A stretch of DNA of 64,000 nt. It comes from an uncultured Desulfocapsa sp. (GTDB lineage Bacteria > Desulfobacterota > Desulfobulbia > Desulfobulbales > Desulfocapsaceae). Below, one piece after another: positions 9,411 to 18,797 of the stretch. How positions within the stretch are numbered: the stretch's first letter is position 1; each line of letters opens with the position of its first letter. The notes beneath the pieces were generated by a model, which saw nothing but the letters and a program-made list of their open reading frames with translations, made no database searches and was not told where the DNA came from. The stretch is taken from the NCBI GenBank assembly GCA_964409855.1, contig CAYPEU010000001.1, forward strand, positions 10,006 to 74,005, given 5' to 3'. The position numbers were made by a program, and so were the translations under genes.

Positions 9411-10340
9411 GTGAATTTGATGAAGAAAGGGGAACCTTTCAGGGTTCACATCTCATTCGAGTTTCAAAACAACAACCCATCTCCGTTCATCTGTCTTGTC
9501 AGCAAAACAGGTCTCCTCCGCAAATCTGCTTGCCTCCTTACCTTTCTCCTCCTCTGCGCTTGTATTGTGTCACCCCTCATCGGCTGCGGTAAAAAATACT
9601 TTTCCAACCAAAAACCCTCTATCAAAAACAGTCGAAGTGAATGTGTTATCCTGCTTCACGGCATGGGGAGAACCTATCATTCCATGGATGATATGCAGGA
9701 GGCAGTAACCGAGGCAGGATATCATACCGTCAACCTGGATTATCCTTCCACCCAAAAAGATATTGTGTCCATTGCCAGAGAACACCTGCCCCTGGCCTTG
9801 AATCAATGTGAACAGTTCAACCCCACAGTAATTCATTTTGTCACCCACTCATTGGGGGGCATTGTGATCCGCAAGGCCCTCTTGGAGAACAGGCCTGCAA
9901 AACTAGGTCGGGTTGTTATGCTCAGCCCGCCAAACCAGGGCAGTGTTGTGGCCGAAACCCTGAAGAACTGGTGGTTCTACGCCTGGCTGAATGGTCCGGC
10001 GGGACAACAGCTGTCTACGACTCCTGATTCCGTCCCCAATCAACTGGCTCAGGTCGATTATCCAGTTGGCATTATCACCGGGGACCGCCATACCTTTTTT
10101 GACGCCTGGTTTTCCCATCTCATCCCAGGGGAGGATGACGGCAAGGTCTCGGTGAAACGTGCAAAGGTCGACAACATGAGCGACTTCCTGGTGGTTCACC
10201 AGAGTCACCCATTCATCATGAATTCCAACTATGTCCAAGCCGAGGCCGTCCATTTTCTCAACCACGGGATCTTCAAGCATCAAAAGGACCCTCTGCCTCC
10301 GGTACCGGGTGCAGACTGGTTTTCCTTTGCAAGCCAATAG
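9411..10340 (+). CDS. Alpha/beta hydrolase, probable lipoprotein (start uncertain)
   Basis: LLHG, THSLGG nucleophile elbow, PPNQGS, DDGKV, SHPF. Hydrophobic stretch ending in LIGC (lipobox-like). Confidence 0.78.
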   Translation: MNLMKKGEPFRVHISFEFQNNNPSPFICLVSKTGLLRKSACLLTFLLLCACIVSPLIGCGKKYFSNQKPSIKNSRSECVILLHGMGRTYHSMDDMQEAVTEAGYHTVNLDYPSTQKDIVSIAREHLPLALNQCEQFNPTVIHFVTHSLGGIVIRKALLENRPAKLGRVVMLSPPNQGSVVAETLKNWWFYAWLNGPAGQQLSTTPDSVPNQLAQVDYPVGIITGDRHTFFDAWFSHLIPGEDDGKVSVKRAKVDNMSDFLVVHQSHPFIMNSNYVQAEAVHFLNHGIFKHQKDPLPPVPGADWFSFASQ

Positions 10341-10350
10341 GGTGTCTGCC

Positions 10351-11667
10351 ATGTCTTCCACAATCAAGGATCATTTTTATATTCTCCTGCTCCTCAGCAT
10401 GTTTCTCTCCGGCTGCCAGCCTAAGGTCTATCTGATGCCGGCGCCGGTGGGCATGCAGCCCGACACCCGGTTTTTTGATATGAGTAAAGACAGGAAGGAT
10501 GAGAACCTCCTCTACACCCTCTATGCCACCAACCGTCACCCCTATGACAAATTCGACAGTTCCACCGGCTATACCATATTCCCCTCTGATACCCTGGAAC
10601 TCGGTTTTGTGGTTTACAGTGTTGGGGATAAAGGGATGGGTTGGGACGACCTGTATCAGCAGTCCCTCAGCCCAGAGCGTGACAGGGACCTGCTGCTCAG
10701 CCAGGAATATGTGAGGGCAAGGGTCGAGTACGACAAGAATGACGACCAGGAGCGGACATCTTCCGCGGCAGAAGGTTTTTTTGATCAGATAAACCAGGCC
10801 CTTGCGGCAAGTTTTGACAAGGACCTGACCGTCTATGTCCATGGAGCGAACTGCAACTTTTACCGGGCAACTGCCCAAGGTGCCCAGTACTATCATTATA
10901 CGGGCCACAACTCAGTGGTCCTCACCTTTTCCTGGCCATCGGCTGAAAACCTCCTCAAATATAAGACCGACGTGCTCCATGCAGAGAAAACAGTCCCGGC
11001 CTTTGCCCGCCTGATCGAGATCCTGGCTCGCCATACCAATGCCAGGAACATCAACATCCTGGCCTACAGCGCTGGAGCACAGGTGGCAGCACCGGGACTT
11101 GCCTCCCTCCAGGACCTCTATCCGGAGCTCACCGCCGGAGAAATCAAGACCAGGCTGCGCATCGGTGAAGTCTACTTTGCCGCTCCAGACACGGCCTTTA
11201 AGCCCTTTATCAAACGTTACCTGCAGTTCAAAGATATAGTCGAACGGACAACCATTAACCTCAATGCAAAAGACAAGGTCTTGCGGCTGGCAGCCTTTCA
11301 TAACGGGGTATCCAGACTGGGCAGGCCCGATTATACAGAACTGGATGACGAAGAAGAGAAAATACTCATTGCGGCACTGCAGTCACCAAGACTCAACGTC
11401 ATAGACGTGGGTGGATCAGATGCCCTGAAACTTGGCGGGGCCCATGATTCCTGGTACAGCCATCCCTGGGTCAGCAACGACCTTATCCTGTTGCTCCTCT
11501 TCAATGCTTACCCGGAAGAACGTGGGCTGACGGCGTATCAGTACGAATCCGGGGCCAAGGTGTATTTTTTTCCAGAGAACTATGACAGCATCATCCGACA
11601 GATCCTGGATGAGCGAAAAGACGAAATTGAGCAAAAGGTCCTGCCTGAGCTGGAGAGCCAGCAATGA
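10351..11667 (+). CDS. Alpha/beta hydrolase lipoprotein (DUF900-like)
   Basis: Lipobox LSGC, YATNR, YVHG, FSWPS, AYSAG elbow, AAPD. ATG at 10351. Confidence 0.8.
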   Translation: MSSTIKDHFYILLLLSMFLSGCQPKVYLMPAPVGMQPDTRFFDMSKDRKDENLLYTLYATNRHPYDKFDSSTGYTIFPSDTLELGFVVYSVGDKGMGWDDLYQQSLSPERDRDLLLSQEYVRARVEYDKNDDQERTSSAAEGFFDQINQALAASFDKDLTVYVHGANCNFYRATAQGAQYYHYTGHNSVVLTFSWPSAENLLKYKTDVLHAEKTVPAFARLIEILARHTNARNINILAYSAGAQVAAPGLASLQDLYPELTAGEIKTRLRIGEVYFAAPDTAFKPFIKRYLQFKDIVERTTINLNAKDKVLRLAAFHNGVSRLGRPDYTELDDEEEKILIAALQSPRLNVIDVGGSDALKLGGAHDSWYSHPWVSNDLILLLLFNAYPEERGLTAYQYESGAKVYFFPENYDSIIRQILDERKDEIEQKVLPELESQQ

Positions 11668-12704
11668 ACAGAACTTTTTCCCAGCAAAAGAGGAAAACCG
11701 GCTTGCTGGGTCTGATCGGCAAAGGAACTATCTTCCTCCTGCTCCTTTTGGCTTGGGCGTGGGGCTGTCTGGCCCTCTTTTTTTCAGGCCCGGGGCCTGA
11801 CTGGCTTAAGCTGGTATTGGCTTGTCTCTTTGGCGCCTTGCTGCCCGGGACATTTCTCCTCAGTCGTTCTTTTGTGAGGGGCTTGTTTCTCTGCCTGCTT
11901 ATTTTTGCACTCCTCATCGCCTGGTGGCAAACCCTGCAGCCAACCAATGACAAAGATTGGGCTGCCGAGATTGCCCGGGTTTCCCACGGAGAGATCCAGG
12001 GCAACAGACTGACCATGCACAACGTGCGCAACTTTCACTACACTGCGGATAAAATCTCTCCTCAACAGTGGAAAACGGAAGAGTCCTGGGAGACCAGGGA
12101 GTATGACCTGGACAAGATTCAGAGCCTGGACCTGTTTCTTTCCTATTGGGGTTCTGAACATATCGCCCATACCATCATGAGTTGGGATTTCGGCAACCAG
12201 CACCTGGCCATCTCCATTGAGACTCGCAAGGACAAGAAGCAGGAATATTCAGCAATCAAGGGGTTTTTCAAACAGTTTGAACTCTCCTATGTGGCAGCAG
12301 ACGAGCATGATCTGATCAGGCTGCGTACCAACTTCAGAAAAGAACGGGTTTATGCCTACCATCTCCGGGTATCAAAGGATCTGGCCAGGGCCCTCTTGCA
12401 GAGTTATGTGACAGAGATGAACCGGCTGGTCAATGAACCTGAATTCTATAATGCCCTGACCCTAAACTGTACCACCACCATCCATCTGCACAACAAGGCC
12501 ATAGTTCCTGATGACCACCCCCCAATGGACTGGCGGATCATTGCCAGCGGGCACGTTGACCAACTTCTCTATGAGGAAGGGGTGCTGGCCCGGGAGCTAC
12601 CCTTTGGTGAGCTTCGCCAGAAGAGCCGAGTCGACCAGCGTATGCAGCACTATAACGAGAGCCATTTTTCTCAGGTTTTACGCTACGACCTGCCAAGACC
12701 GTAA
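11664..12704 (+). CDS. DUF4105 / Lnb-N-like membrane-anchored protein
   Basis: Three N-terminal hydrophobic segments, NVRNF, IAHT, SIETR, DLIRLRTN, YNALTLNCTT. ATGA overlap with the upstream gene. Confidence 0.75.
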   Translation: MNRTFSQQKRKTGLLGLIGKGTIFLLLLLAWAWGCLALFFSGPGPDWLKLVLACLFGALLPGTFLLSRSFVRGLFLCLLIFALLIAWWQTLQPTNDKDWAAEIARVSHGEIQGNRLTMHNVRNFHYTADKISPQQWKTEESWETREYDLDKIQSLDLFLSYWGSEHIAHTIMSWDFGNQHLAISIETRKDKKQEYSAIKGFFKQFELSYVAADEHDLIRLRTNFRKERVYAYHLRVSKDLARALLQSYVTEMNRLVNEPEFYNALTLNCTTTIHLHNKAIVPDDHPPMDWRIIASGHVDQLLYEEGVLARELPFGELRQKSRVDQRMQHYNESHFSQVLRYDLPRP

Positions 12705-12749
12705 TCCAGAGAAACAGACCACCAGCCATGGGAACCAAGGCACGACACC

Positions 12750-13343
12750 CTATTTCTTCAGTATCCACTGCACGGCTTCAAGGAGATCTTCGGCCTTGTA
12801 ATCGGGTTGTATTTCCTGATGCGGTCCGATATACTGTTCATCTCCCCTTCCGTATCCGGTCCTCACCAAAATAGACTTGGCCCCGCAGTTTGCTGCGGTC
12901 TTTATATCCGACCAACGGTCGCCCACCACAAAGGATTGCTCTGGCGCCAGGTCCATCTCTTCTGCTGCCTGCAGGATGAGCCCGGGTTTTGGTTTTCTGC
13001 AGGAGCAGGCCTCCCGGAACTCTTCTTTCTTGGCCTCTGGATGATGGGGGCAGTAATAGATCCCATCCACATGGGCCTCATGTTCTGCAAGTAGCCGGCT
13101 CATCTTTTCATGAACCGCAAGCAGCAGCTCTTCAGGAAAATATCCGCGGGCAAGCCCTGACTGGTTGCTGATCACAACCACGGGAATTCCAGCATCATTT
13201 AATCTTTTTATGGCCTCAGCGGCCCTTGGCAGGAGGTGAAAGCGGCAAGTGTGGTTGATATAGCCCATCTGTTCATTGATGGTGCCGTCCCTGTCTAGAA
13301 AAACAGCAGGCCGGGGGATGTTGCTTCCTTTTTTGATTGTCAT
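12750..13343 (-). CDS. gmhB: D-glycero-D-manno-heptose-1,7-bisphosphate phosphatase
   Basis: FLDRDGTIN, SNQSG, CPHHP...CSCRKP, VGDRWSD. Lies next to waaF. Confidence 0.9.
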   Translation of the reverse strand: MTIKKGSNIPRPAVFLDRDGTINEQMGYINHTCRFHLLPRAAEAIKRLNDAGIPVVVISNQSGLARGYFPEELLLAVHEKMSRLLAEHEAHVDGIYYCPHHPEAKKEEFREACSCRKPKPGLILQAAEEMDLAPEQSFVVGDRWSDIKTAANCGAKSILVRTGYGRGDEQYIGPHQEIQPDYKAEDLLEAVQWILKK

Positions 13344-13348
13344 AAGGC

Positions 13349-14524
13349 TTACGAGTCCGGGTGAACATTGGAGGAGAGCATTGCAGCCACTTCCTCATAC
13401 ACATCTGTGGCCTTAATGGATTCAAGGCATTTGAGATGTCCCTGAGGACAGTGGGCCTGGAGGCATGGACTGCATTCCATTTCCCGCCGAAGGATGATGG
13501 AGTTTTTCGAGTAGGGACCGGTGGTGATATGGTTGGTGGAACCAAAGATAGCGATGGTGGGCGTATTCAGACCAGCTGCCACATGCATCAAGCCGGAATC
13601 ATTTGAAACAAAGACATCACAGGTCTTGATCAGGGCCATGGCCTGTTCCAGGCTGGTCTTTCCGGTCATGTCCAGGACATGATAGGGGGTGCGTATGGAA
13701 AATTGCCTGATTTCCTGTGCTGCCTCGGTGTCTGCCTCGGTTCCAAAAACCATGATAAGACAACCGCTCTCTCCATAATGATGGGTAATAAGGGCTGCAA
13801 GCTGACCAAACTTTTCAGTGGGCCAGCGCTTGGCAGGCCCAAAGGCGGCACCAGGATTAAAGCCTATAACTGGAACAGCATCCCCTTCGCTGTTCAGTGG
13901 CATCATTTCAAGCAATCCCGGATCTGCTGTTTCACCTCCTGGTTCCGGTATTGAAGTCGGGCTCTGGTACCTGTGGCAGTCAACAAAACCTTTTGCCCAG
14001 AGTTCCAGTTTTTCCGGTAAGGGAAGACGCAGGTTATCGGGCCCGAGGGTGAGTCCGAGTTCGGCCAGCATATTCTGATAATAGTGTACCTGGTGCTGTT
14101 TTCTGATGGCGTCGCTGATGGTGACACCATGGGTGAGGAGGACTCCCCTTCCATCGCGTTTATAACCGGCCCGTATAGGGATGCCTGCCATCTTGACCAG
14201 AAAGGCGGCTTCAAAGGCATTTTGTAGAAGGATAGCCGCGTCGAATGCATACGATTTCAGCTCCTTAGCCAGGTTCAACGGCCCCTTGATCTTTCCTTGA
14301 TGGAGAAATTTCTTGTCATAGATGAGTACCTGATCCACGTCCGGACTCAACCGAAAGATATCCGCCACCCAGGGAACGGCAAGCATGGTGATCTCTGCAT
14401 CAGGAAAATTCTCCCTGATGGTATGCACCGCAGGAGTTGTCATGACCGCATCTCCAATCCAGTTTGTGGAGCGGATCAGGATCTTTTTGGGGTTCAACTC
14501 TTTCAGGAAAGTTTTGGTTACCAT
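13349..14524 (-). CDS. waaF: LPS heptosyltransferase II (GT9)
   Basis: NWIGDAVM, PGAAFGPAKRWP, GKTSL, NDSGLMHVAA. Confidence 0.9.
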   Translation of the reverse strand: MVTKTFLKELNPKKILIRSTNWIGDAVMTTPAVHTIRENFPDAEITMLAVPWVADIFRLSPDVDQVLIYDKKFLHQGKIKGPLNLAKELKSYAFDAAILLQNAFEAAFLVKMAGIPIRAGYKRDGRGVLLTHGVTISDAIRKQHQVHYYQNMLAELGLTLGPDNLRLPLPEKLELWAKGFVDCHRYQSPTSIPEPGGETADPGLLEMMPLNSEGDAVPVIGFNPGAAFGPAKRWPTEKFGQLAALITHHYGESGCLIMVFGTEADTEAAQEIRQFSIRTPYHVLDMTGKTSLEQAMALIKTCDVFVSNDSGLMHVAAGLNTPTIAIFGSTNHITTGPYSKNSIILRREMECSPCLQAHCPQGHLKCLESIKATDVYEEVAAMLSSNVHPDS

Positions 14525-14545
14525 TACAAACCTCTGGACAAGACG

Positions 14546-16294
14546 TTACTCTTCGGTCACTAACTCAGCAAGCTGCTGCTGGGCAAACTCAATGGCGGGG
14601 TCAAGGGAAAGGGCCAGGGTGAAAAAGTGGATCGCTTCCTCTTTGTTTCCGAGTCTTCTATAATTCACTCCAAGATTGGCGTAGTCCATGGCAGAGGAGG
14701 GATTCAGCTCCACGGCTCGGAGAAAACTTTTGACGGCCTGGTCGTACTCCTCTTTTTTGAAAAAGCAGACCCCCATCATATTATAGATATCAGGCCGTTC
14801 CTCATCTTCCGCCAGTCCCTTTTCCAAGACAGCAAGTGCTTCGTCGTAGCGTTCCAGATCTTTCAAACAGTGTCCCATATACGAGTAGATATAAGGGAGA
14901 TCCTCATGCTCCGGCGATAGGGTCAGGGCCTGTTCAAAGTACTTCAAGGCCTCAATTGGATCACCGGTTGCATAGAGATTTCGTCCTCGATAGAAATCGA
15001 GGTAATAGGTGTCTGGAACCAGCCCTTCGAGCCTGGCGAGTTTTTCCTCGAGAATCCCAGGGTCTTCTACCAGTTCCACCAGGAGCTTTGCTGCAAAAAG
15101 GCCCACATCATGCATCATGGAACGTTCGCGGAAATGGGCGCCGGGAACAATCGTATAGATGGCAGGGATCTGCAGCTGTGGATGGGTGACGTCGATCATA
15201 AAGGTCTCCATCCCTTTTGCAGCAAGGGCTTTCACACAGTTTTCGACCTCCACCCGGATATCGTGATCAGCCAGGTTGGCCATGTCTGCAATCTCCACAG
15301 TTGCCTCGCTATCGGTAACATGCCGCACCTCTTTCATGATCAGGGGCTTGGGAAGCCCGGAGGCCACATAATTGGATCCGCTGTTAAAGTCTCCGGCAAG
15401 CTGGGCAACTTCTGTCACAGCACGTATCAGTGCCTTTTCAGGGTCAGGCGTTGTTCCGGCAGTGTAGACGATCTCACTCTTTTCAGGGAAGGTGCTGTGG
15501 TCAATGGCAAGGGCCCCCACCGTGCAGATCCCGGTATCCAGACTAAAATCATTGAGATAGAGTTCAATGTCGTTGGCCTTGAAAATTTCCAGGAGATCTT
15601 TTGCAACAGGGTCAGAGACGCTCTCAGGAACAACAGCAGGGGTGTTGATTCGCTCATGGGTAACCAAAGCGCAGACATGTCGTTCCACAATCTCACAAAT
15701 TCCCTGCAGGGCAGCCTCTTCAAGGGTATTGCCGGCAGAGGGTCCATTAAACTCATTAATGGCAAAAAACCAGGAAAACGGAATCAGGACCTCTTTACCT
15801 TTGACAAGGCTTGTGGCCCAGGTCCACTGCATGGGAATCCCCTTGAGGATCTCTTCCACAAAGGCAACATCATGAGCGCTGTCATGGACAGACTGCAGGA
15901 GATATTCAGGGCCAAGGACTGGGTAGCCCCTTTCCCGCATCTCCTGGTAATCGCCTTGCAGAAAATTGTCAGGATTATCCTTAAAGGTGAAAAAGGAAAA
16001 ACGCTCGCCCAGTTCCATGCAGGCAGAGGCCTGGGCCTGGATTGCCGAGGCACCCTTCCCCATCTGTTTTTTGGTACCGGTCATGGCTCGTGCATCTTCA
16101 CCACAGACCGAGAAATAAACAGGGATTCCCAGCCTGCCGTTATCGATCCGTTTCACCTCTTTTAAGATATCGAGATCGAGGTGTTGCAGTTTTTCCTTGA
16201 ACCTCTCTACCGTATCTTCAGGGCGAAGAGCCTTGTCCTGGTCAATTGTAAATGTTTTCTGACACTCTTGCAGTCGAATGATTTTTTTGTTCAT
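14546..16294 (-). CDS. YcaO-family protein with C-terminal TPR repeats
   Basis: GKG, ELGER, NGPSAGN..EEA...EIVER and EVAQ (YcaO ATP/Mg motifs), followed by about four TPRs. Start placed at ATG 16294. Confidence 0.88.
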   Translation of the reverse strand: MNKKIIRLQECQKTFTIDQDKALRPEDTVERFKEKLQHLDLDILKEVKRIDNGRLGIPVYFSVCGEDARAMTGTKKQMGKGASAIQAQASACMELGERFSFFTFKDNPDNFLQGDYQEMRERGYPVLGPEYLLQSVHDSAHDVAFVEEILKGIPMQWTWATSLVKGKEVLIPFSWFFAINEFNGPSAGNTLEEAALQGICEIVERHVCALVTHERINTPAVVPESVSDPVAKDLLEIFKANDIELYLNDFSLDTGICTVGALAIDHSTFPEKSEIVYTAGTTPDPEKALIRAVTEVAQLAGDFNSGSNYVASGLPKPLIMKEVRHVTDSEATVEIADMANLADHDIRVEVENCVKALAAKGMETFMIDVTHPQLQIPAIYTIVPGAHFRERSMMHDVGLFAAKLLVELVEDPGILEEKLARLEGLVPDTYYLDFYRGRNLYATGDPIEALKYFEQALTLSPEHEDLPYIYSYMGHCLKDLERYDEALAVLEKGLAEDEERPDIYNMMGVCFFKKEEYDQAVKSFLRAVELNPSSAMDYANLGVNYRRLGNKEEAIHFFTLALSLDPAIEFAQQQLAELVTEE

Positions 16295-16400
16295 GTTCTC
16301 TTGGTGGTATGACAATAAAGGGGTAACAGGCAGGGAACAACTTCTCCATGCCTTACATGCTAAAAGATCATATTTTCATCAATCTTAGGCAAAACAGAAC

Positions 16401-16429
16401 ACTATACAGAGGATGGTTGCTTTTTGCAA
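16401..16429 (-). promoter_or_regulatory. Putative sigma70 promoter for ycaO-waaF-gmhB
   Basis: TTGCAA-N17-TATAGT on the minus strand. Confidence 0.5.
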
Positions 16430-16551
16430 AGGGGGGCCTCTTTTTTAGCCCTCTTTTGTCAAACAGGTTGCAGGGAGAATGATTCAACGAGACAAGGATG
16501 GACAAGCTGGCTGCCTGGCGACAGCGACATCCACAATGTTTTTTTAAAAAA

Positions 16552-17043
16552 CTAGTTGCTGCTCGCAGCAGCTGCTGCGCAGAAGTCCTGCAGACGCTCT
16601 TTCCAGGTCCCACTGCCAAAATCGATCTCGACCTTCCTTGAAAGATCATCGGTAATAGTCAGCTGCAGAAGTAATCGCGTGGCTGGGATGAGAGTATCGG
16701 CCCTTTCCGACCACTCTATTACGGTTAGGCCTGAAAGGTAGAAGAATTCTTCAAAGCCAAGATCTTCCACTTCCGTTGCATCGCCAAGCCTGTAAAAATC
16801 CATATGATAGAGTGGAATTCTTCCGGGATATTCTTGAAGAATGGAAAAACTGGGACTGGTCACATAACAGGAATCAGGCACCTCCAATCCCTTGGCAATT
16901 TCCTGTGTTAAAGCGGTTTTCCCTGCGCCAAGGTCACCACTGAGGCAGATAACATCGCCAGGCAGGGCGAGTTTTCCAAGAAGGCGACCGAATTGTGCAG
17001 TCTCTTTCAGGTCATGTAAAATAAAACAAAAGGAGGGCATCAC
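16552..17043 (-). CDS. tsaE: tRNA threonylcarbamoyladenosine biosynthesis ATPase TsaE
   Basis: GDLGAGKT, VTSPSF, HMDFYRL, IEWSE. Confidence 0.93.
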   Translation of the reverse strand: MMPSFCFILHDLKETAQFGRLLGKLALPGDVICLSGDLGAGKTALTQEIAKGLEVPDSCYVTSPSFSILQEYPGRIPLYHMDFYRLGDATEVEDLGFEEFFYLSGLTVIEWSERADTLIPATRLLLQLTITDDLSRKVEIDFGSGTWKERLQDFCAAAAASSN

Positions 17044-18626
17044 TCGCTCCGGTCAGTTGCAAGGGTGAAAACGATGGAGGTCCCCTTCCCCGGGCTGCTG
17101 CTGATGTCCATTTGTCCTCTCAGAATTTTAACCCGCTCAGCCATTGCCTGCAGCCCCATGCCTCTTGCTTTGCCGGTATACATGGAGACGGCTTCAACGT
17201 TAAAGCCGCTGCCGTTATCATGTACGGCAAGTACAATGTCATCCTCTATTATCCTGGCCTGGACCTGTATGTTTTTTGCTGCCGAATGTTTGACCACATT
17301 GTTGAGGGATTCCTGCAGGAGCCGATATAAGTGCCTCTGTTCCTCCACTGAAAAATAGGCCCCCACCGGTTCCATGTTGATATCGATGTCAATATCGCTG
17401 TACTCAAGAAATCCACTGAACAAATTGTCAAAGGCTGCATCCACACCCAGGTCATCGACAACCATAGGCCAGAGTTCCCGGGAAAGATGGCGCACATTTC
17501 CTATCTGTATATTGACAAATTGCCTTAACTCCCGGAGGCTTTCTGCGGTTTTGTCTTTTTTGCATTTCTCATCTTTATAGAGATTGTTTTCCAGGGCACG
17601 TAACTGCAATTTGAGGGCGGCAAGGGACTGACCAAACTCATCATGGAGTTCCATGGAGATACGTCGACGTTCATCATCCTGGGCGGTGATCAACATGGCT
17701 GAGAGATCGCCTAAGCGTTCCTCGGACAAACGAAGACTTCTTTCTGCTCTCTTCCTTTTGGTGATGTCTCGAACAATGGACCCCAGTATCCGTTCGCCGG
17801 TTTCCAGATCCATGCAGAAAAAGTTTGTTTCAACATCGAGATAACTGCCGTCTTTTTTCAGCATTCTCATTTCCCTGGCAGGCGTAGGGCTGGAATCCTG
17901 AAGGAGCCTGACGACCTCTTCCTTGAGAAGCCCCTGATCATCCGGGTGCAGGGCTGAGGTCAAAGGAGACTTCCTGCGATCATCATCATCACCATATCCC
18001 AGAAGCTGTTCCGTGGCAGGATTACAGTAGATGCAACTCCCCTCCGGGTCAAAGAGGATGATCATATCCTGGGAGGCCTGGGTAAATTCTCTGAATTTCT
18101 CTTCACTCTCCCGAAGTGATGCTTCAAGTTTTTTTCTCCGCTGGACATCTGTCTTCAGAGCTTCGTTGACGATGAGCAGTTTCTGGTTCACCATCTCTAG
18201 ATTTCGATTCTTTTCCGCAAGCTCCTCTGTCAGGGAACTGTTCTCTTTTTTGAGAAGGTAGAGATCACGAGACCGCTCTATGACCAGTGTTAACTCTCTG
18301 GTATCCCAGGGTTTGAGGATAAACTGATAGATACGGCCACGATTGATGGCATCCATCACATACTCCACCTGATTGTAGGCCGTGAGGATAATACGAATTG
18401 GGTCCGGGTTGATCTCATAGATCAGGCTCAACATTTCAGTACCGCTGAGCCCGGGCATGCGCTGATCGGAAATGATGAGTCCGATGTCATCATTTTCCCT
18501 GAAACAGCTCAATCCCTCTTCTCCTGACCGGGCGGTGATAATCTCATACCTGTCCTGGAAGATCATCCTGAAATTAAGGATATTGACTTCCTCATCGTCA
18601 ACAAAAAGAATCTTGAACGGTTTCAT
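17040..18626 (-). CDS. Hybrid REC-PAS histidine kinase (HisKA_3 / NarX-UhpB class)
   Basis: ILFVDDE, SDQRMP, KPW receiver; PAS domain; ERRRISMELHDE H-box; QESLNNVVKHS, DNGSGF, GMGL. Start placed at ATG 18626 because a terminator lies at 18741-18776. Confidence 0.88.
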   Translation of the reverse strand: MKPFKILFVDDEEVNILNFRMIFQDRYEIITARSGEEGLSCFRENDDIGLIISDQRMPGLSGTEMLSLIYEINPDPIRIILTAYNQVEYVMDAINRGRIYQFILKPWDTRELTLVIERSRDLYLLKKENSSLTEELAEKNRNLEMVNQKLLIVNEALKTDVQRRKKLEASLRESEEKFREFTQASQDMIILFDPEGSCIYCNPATEQLLGYGDDDDRRKSPLTSALHPDDQGLLKEEVVRLLQDSSPTPAREMRMLKKDGSYLDVETNFFCMDLETGERILGSIVRDITKRKRAERSLRLSEERLGDLSAMLITAQDDERRRISMELHDEFGQSLAALKLQLRALENNLYKDEKCKKDKTAESLRELRQFVNIQIGNVRHLSRELWPMVVDDLGVDAAFDNLFSGFLEYSDIDIDINMEPVGAYFSVEEQRHLYRLLQESLNNVVKHSAAKNIQVQARIIEDDIVLAVHDNGSGFNVEAVSMYTGKARGMGLQAMAERVKILRGQMDISSSPGKGTSIVFTLATDRSE

Positions 18627-18740
18627 AATGTTATTCCACTTGCCTGTTAGGGAATCATTGTGTTGCAGCCAGTTATTATCCACCATACCCTGATCGCACT
18701 TTTTTTCAAAGTACCGCAAAAAACCTAATCTCTGTCCGGC

Positions 18741-18776
18741 AAAAAAAATCCCGGAACGACAATATCGTTCCGGGAT
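18741..18776 (-). terminator. Intrinsic terminator after the cold-shock gene
   Basis: ATCCCGGAACGA-loop-TCGTTCCGGGAT stem, then a T-run on the minus strand. Confidence 0.8.
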
Positions 18777-18797
18777 AGACAACAGAGGACAGCCGGC

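Noticed and set aside
15110-16165. 351-aa ORF antisense to ycaO, and similar shadows such as 50313-51149, 59888-60499 and 10273-10908
   Set aside because: Fully overlap well-supported genes on the opposite strand and have no protein-like motifs.
16316-16551. Possible RiPP precursor between tsaE and ycaO (23-codon ORF MSLSPGSQLVHPCLVESFSLQPV)
   Set aside because: No RBS and no leader/core pattern. The region is better explained as promoter.
18627-18782. N-terminal extension of the kinase in the ORF track
   Set aside because: It spans the cold-shock terminator hairpin. The receiver domain begins at 18626.
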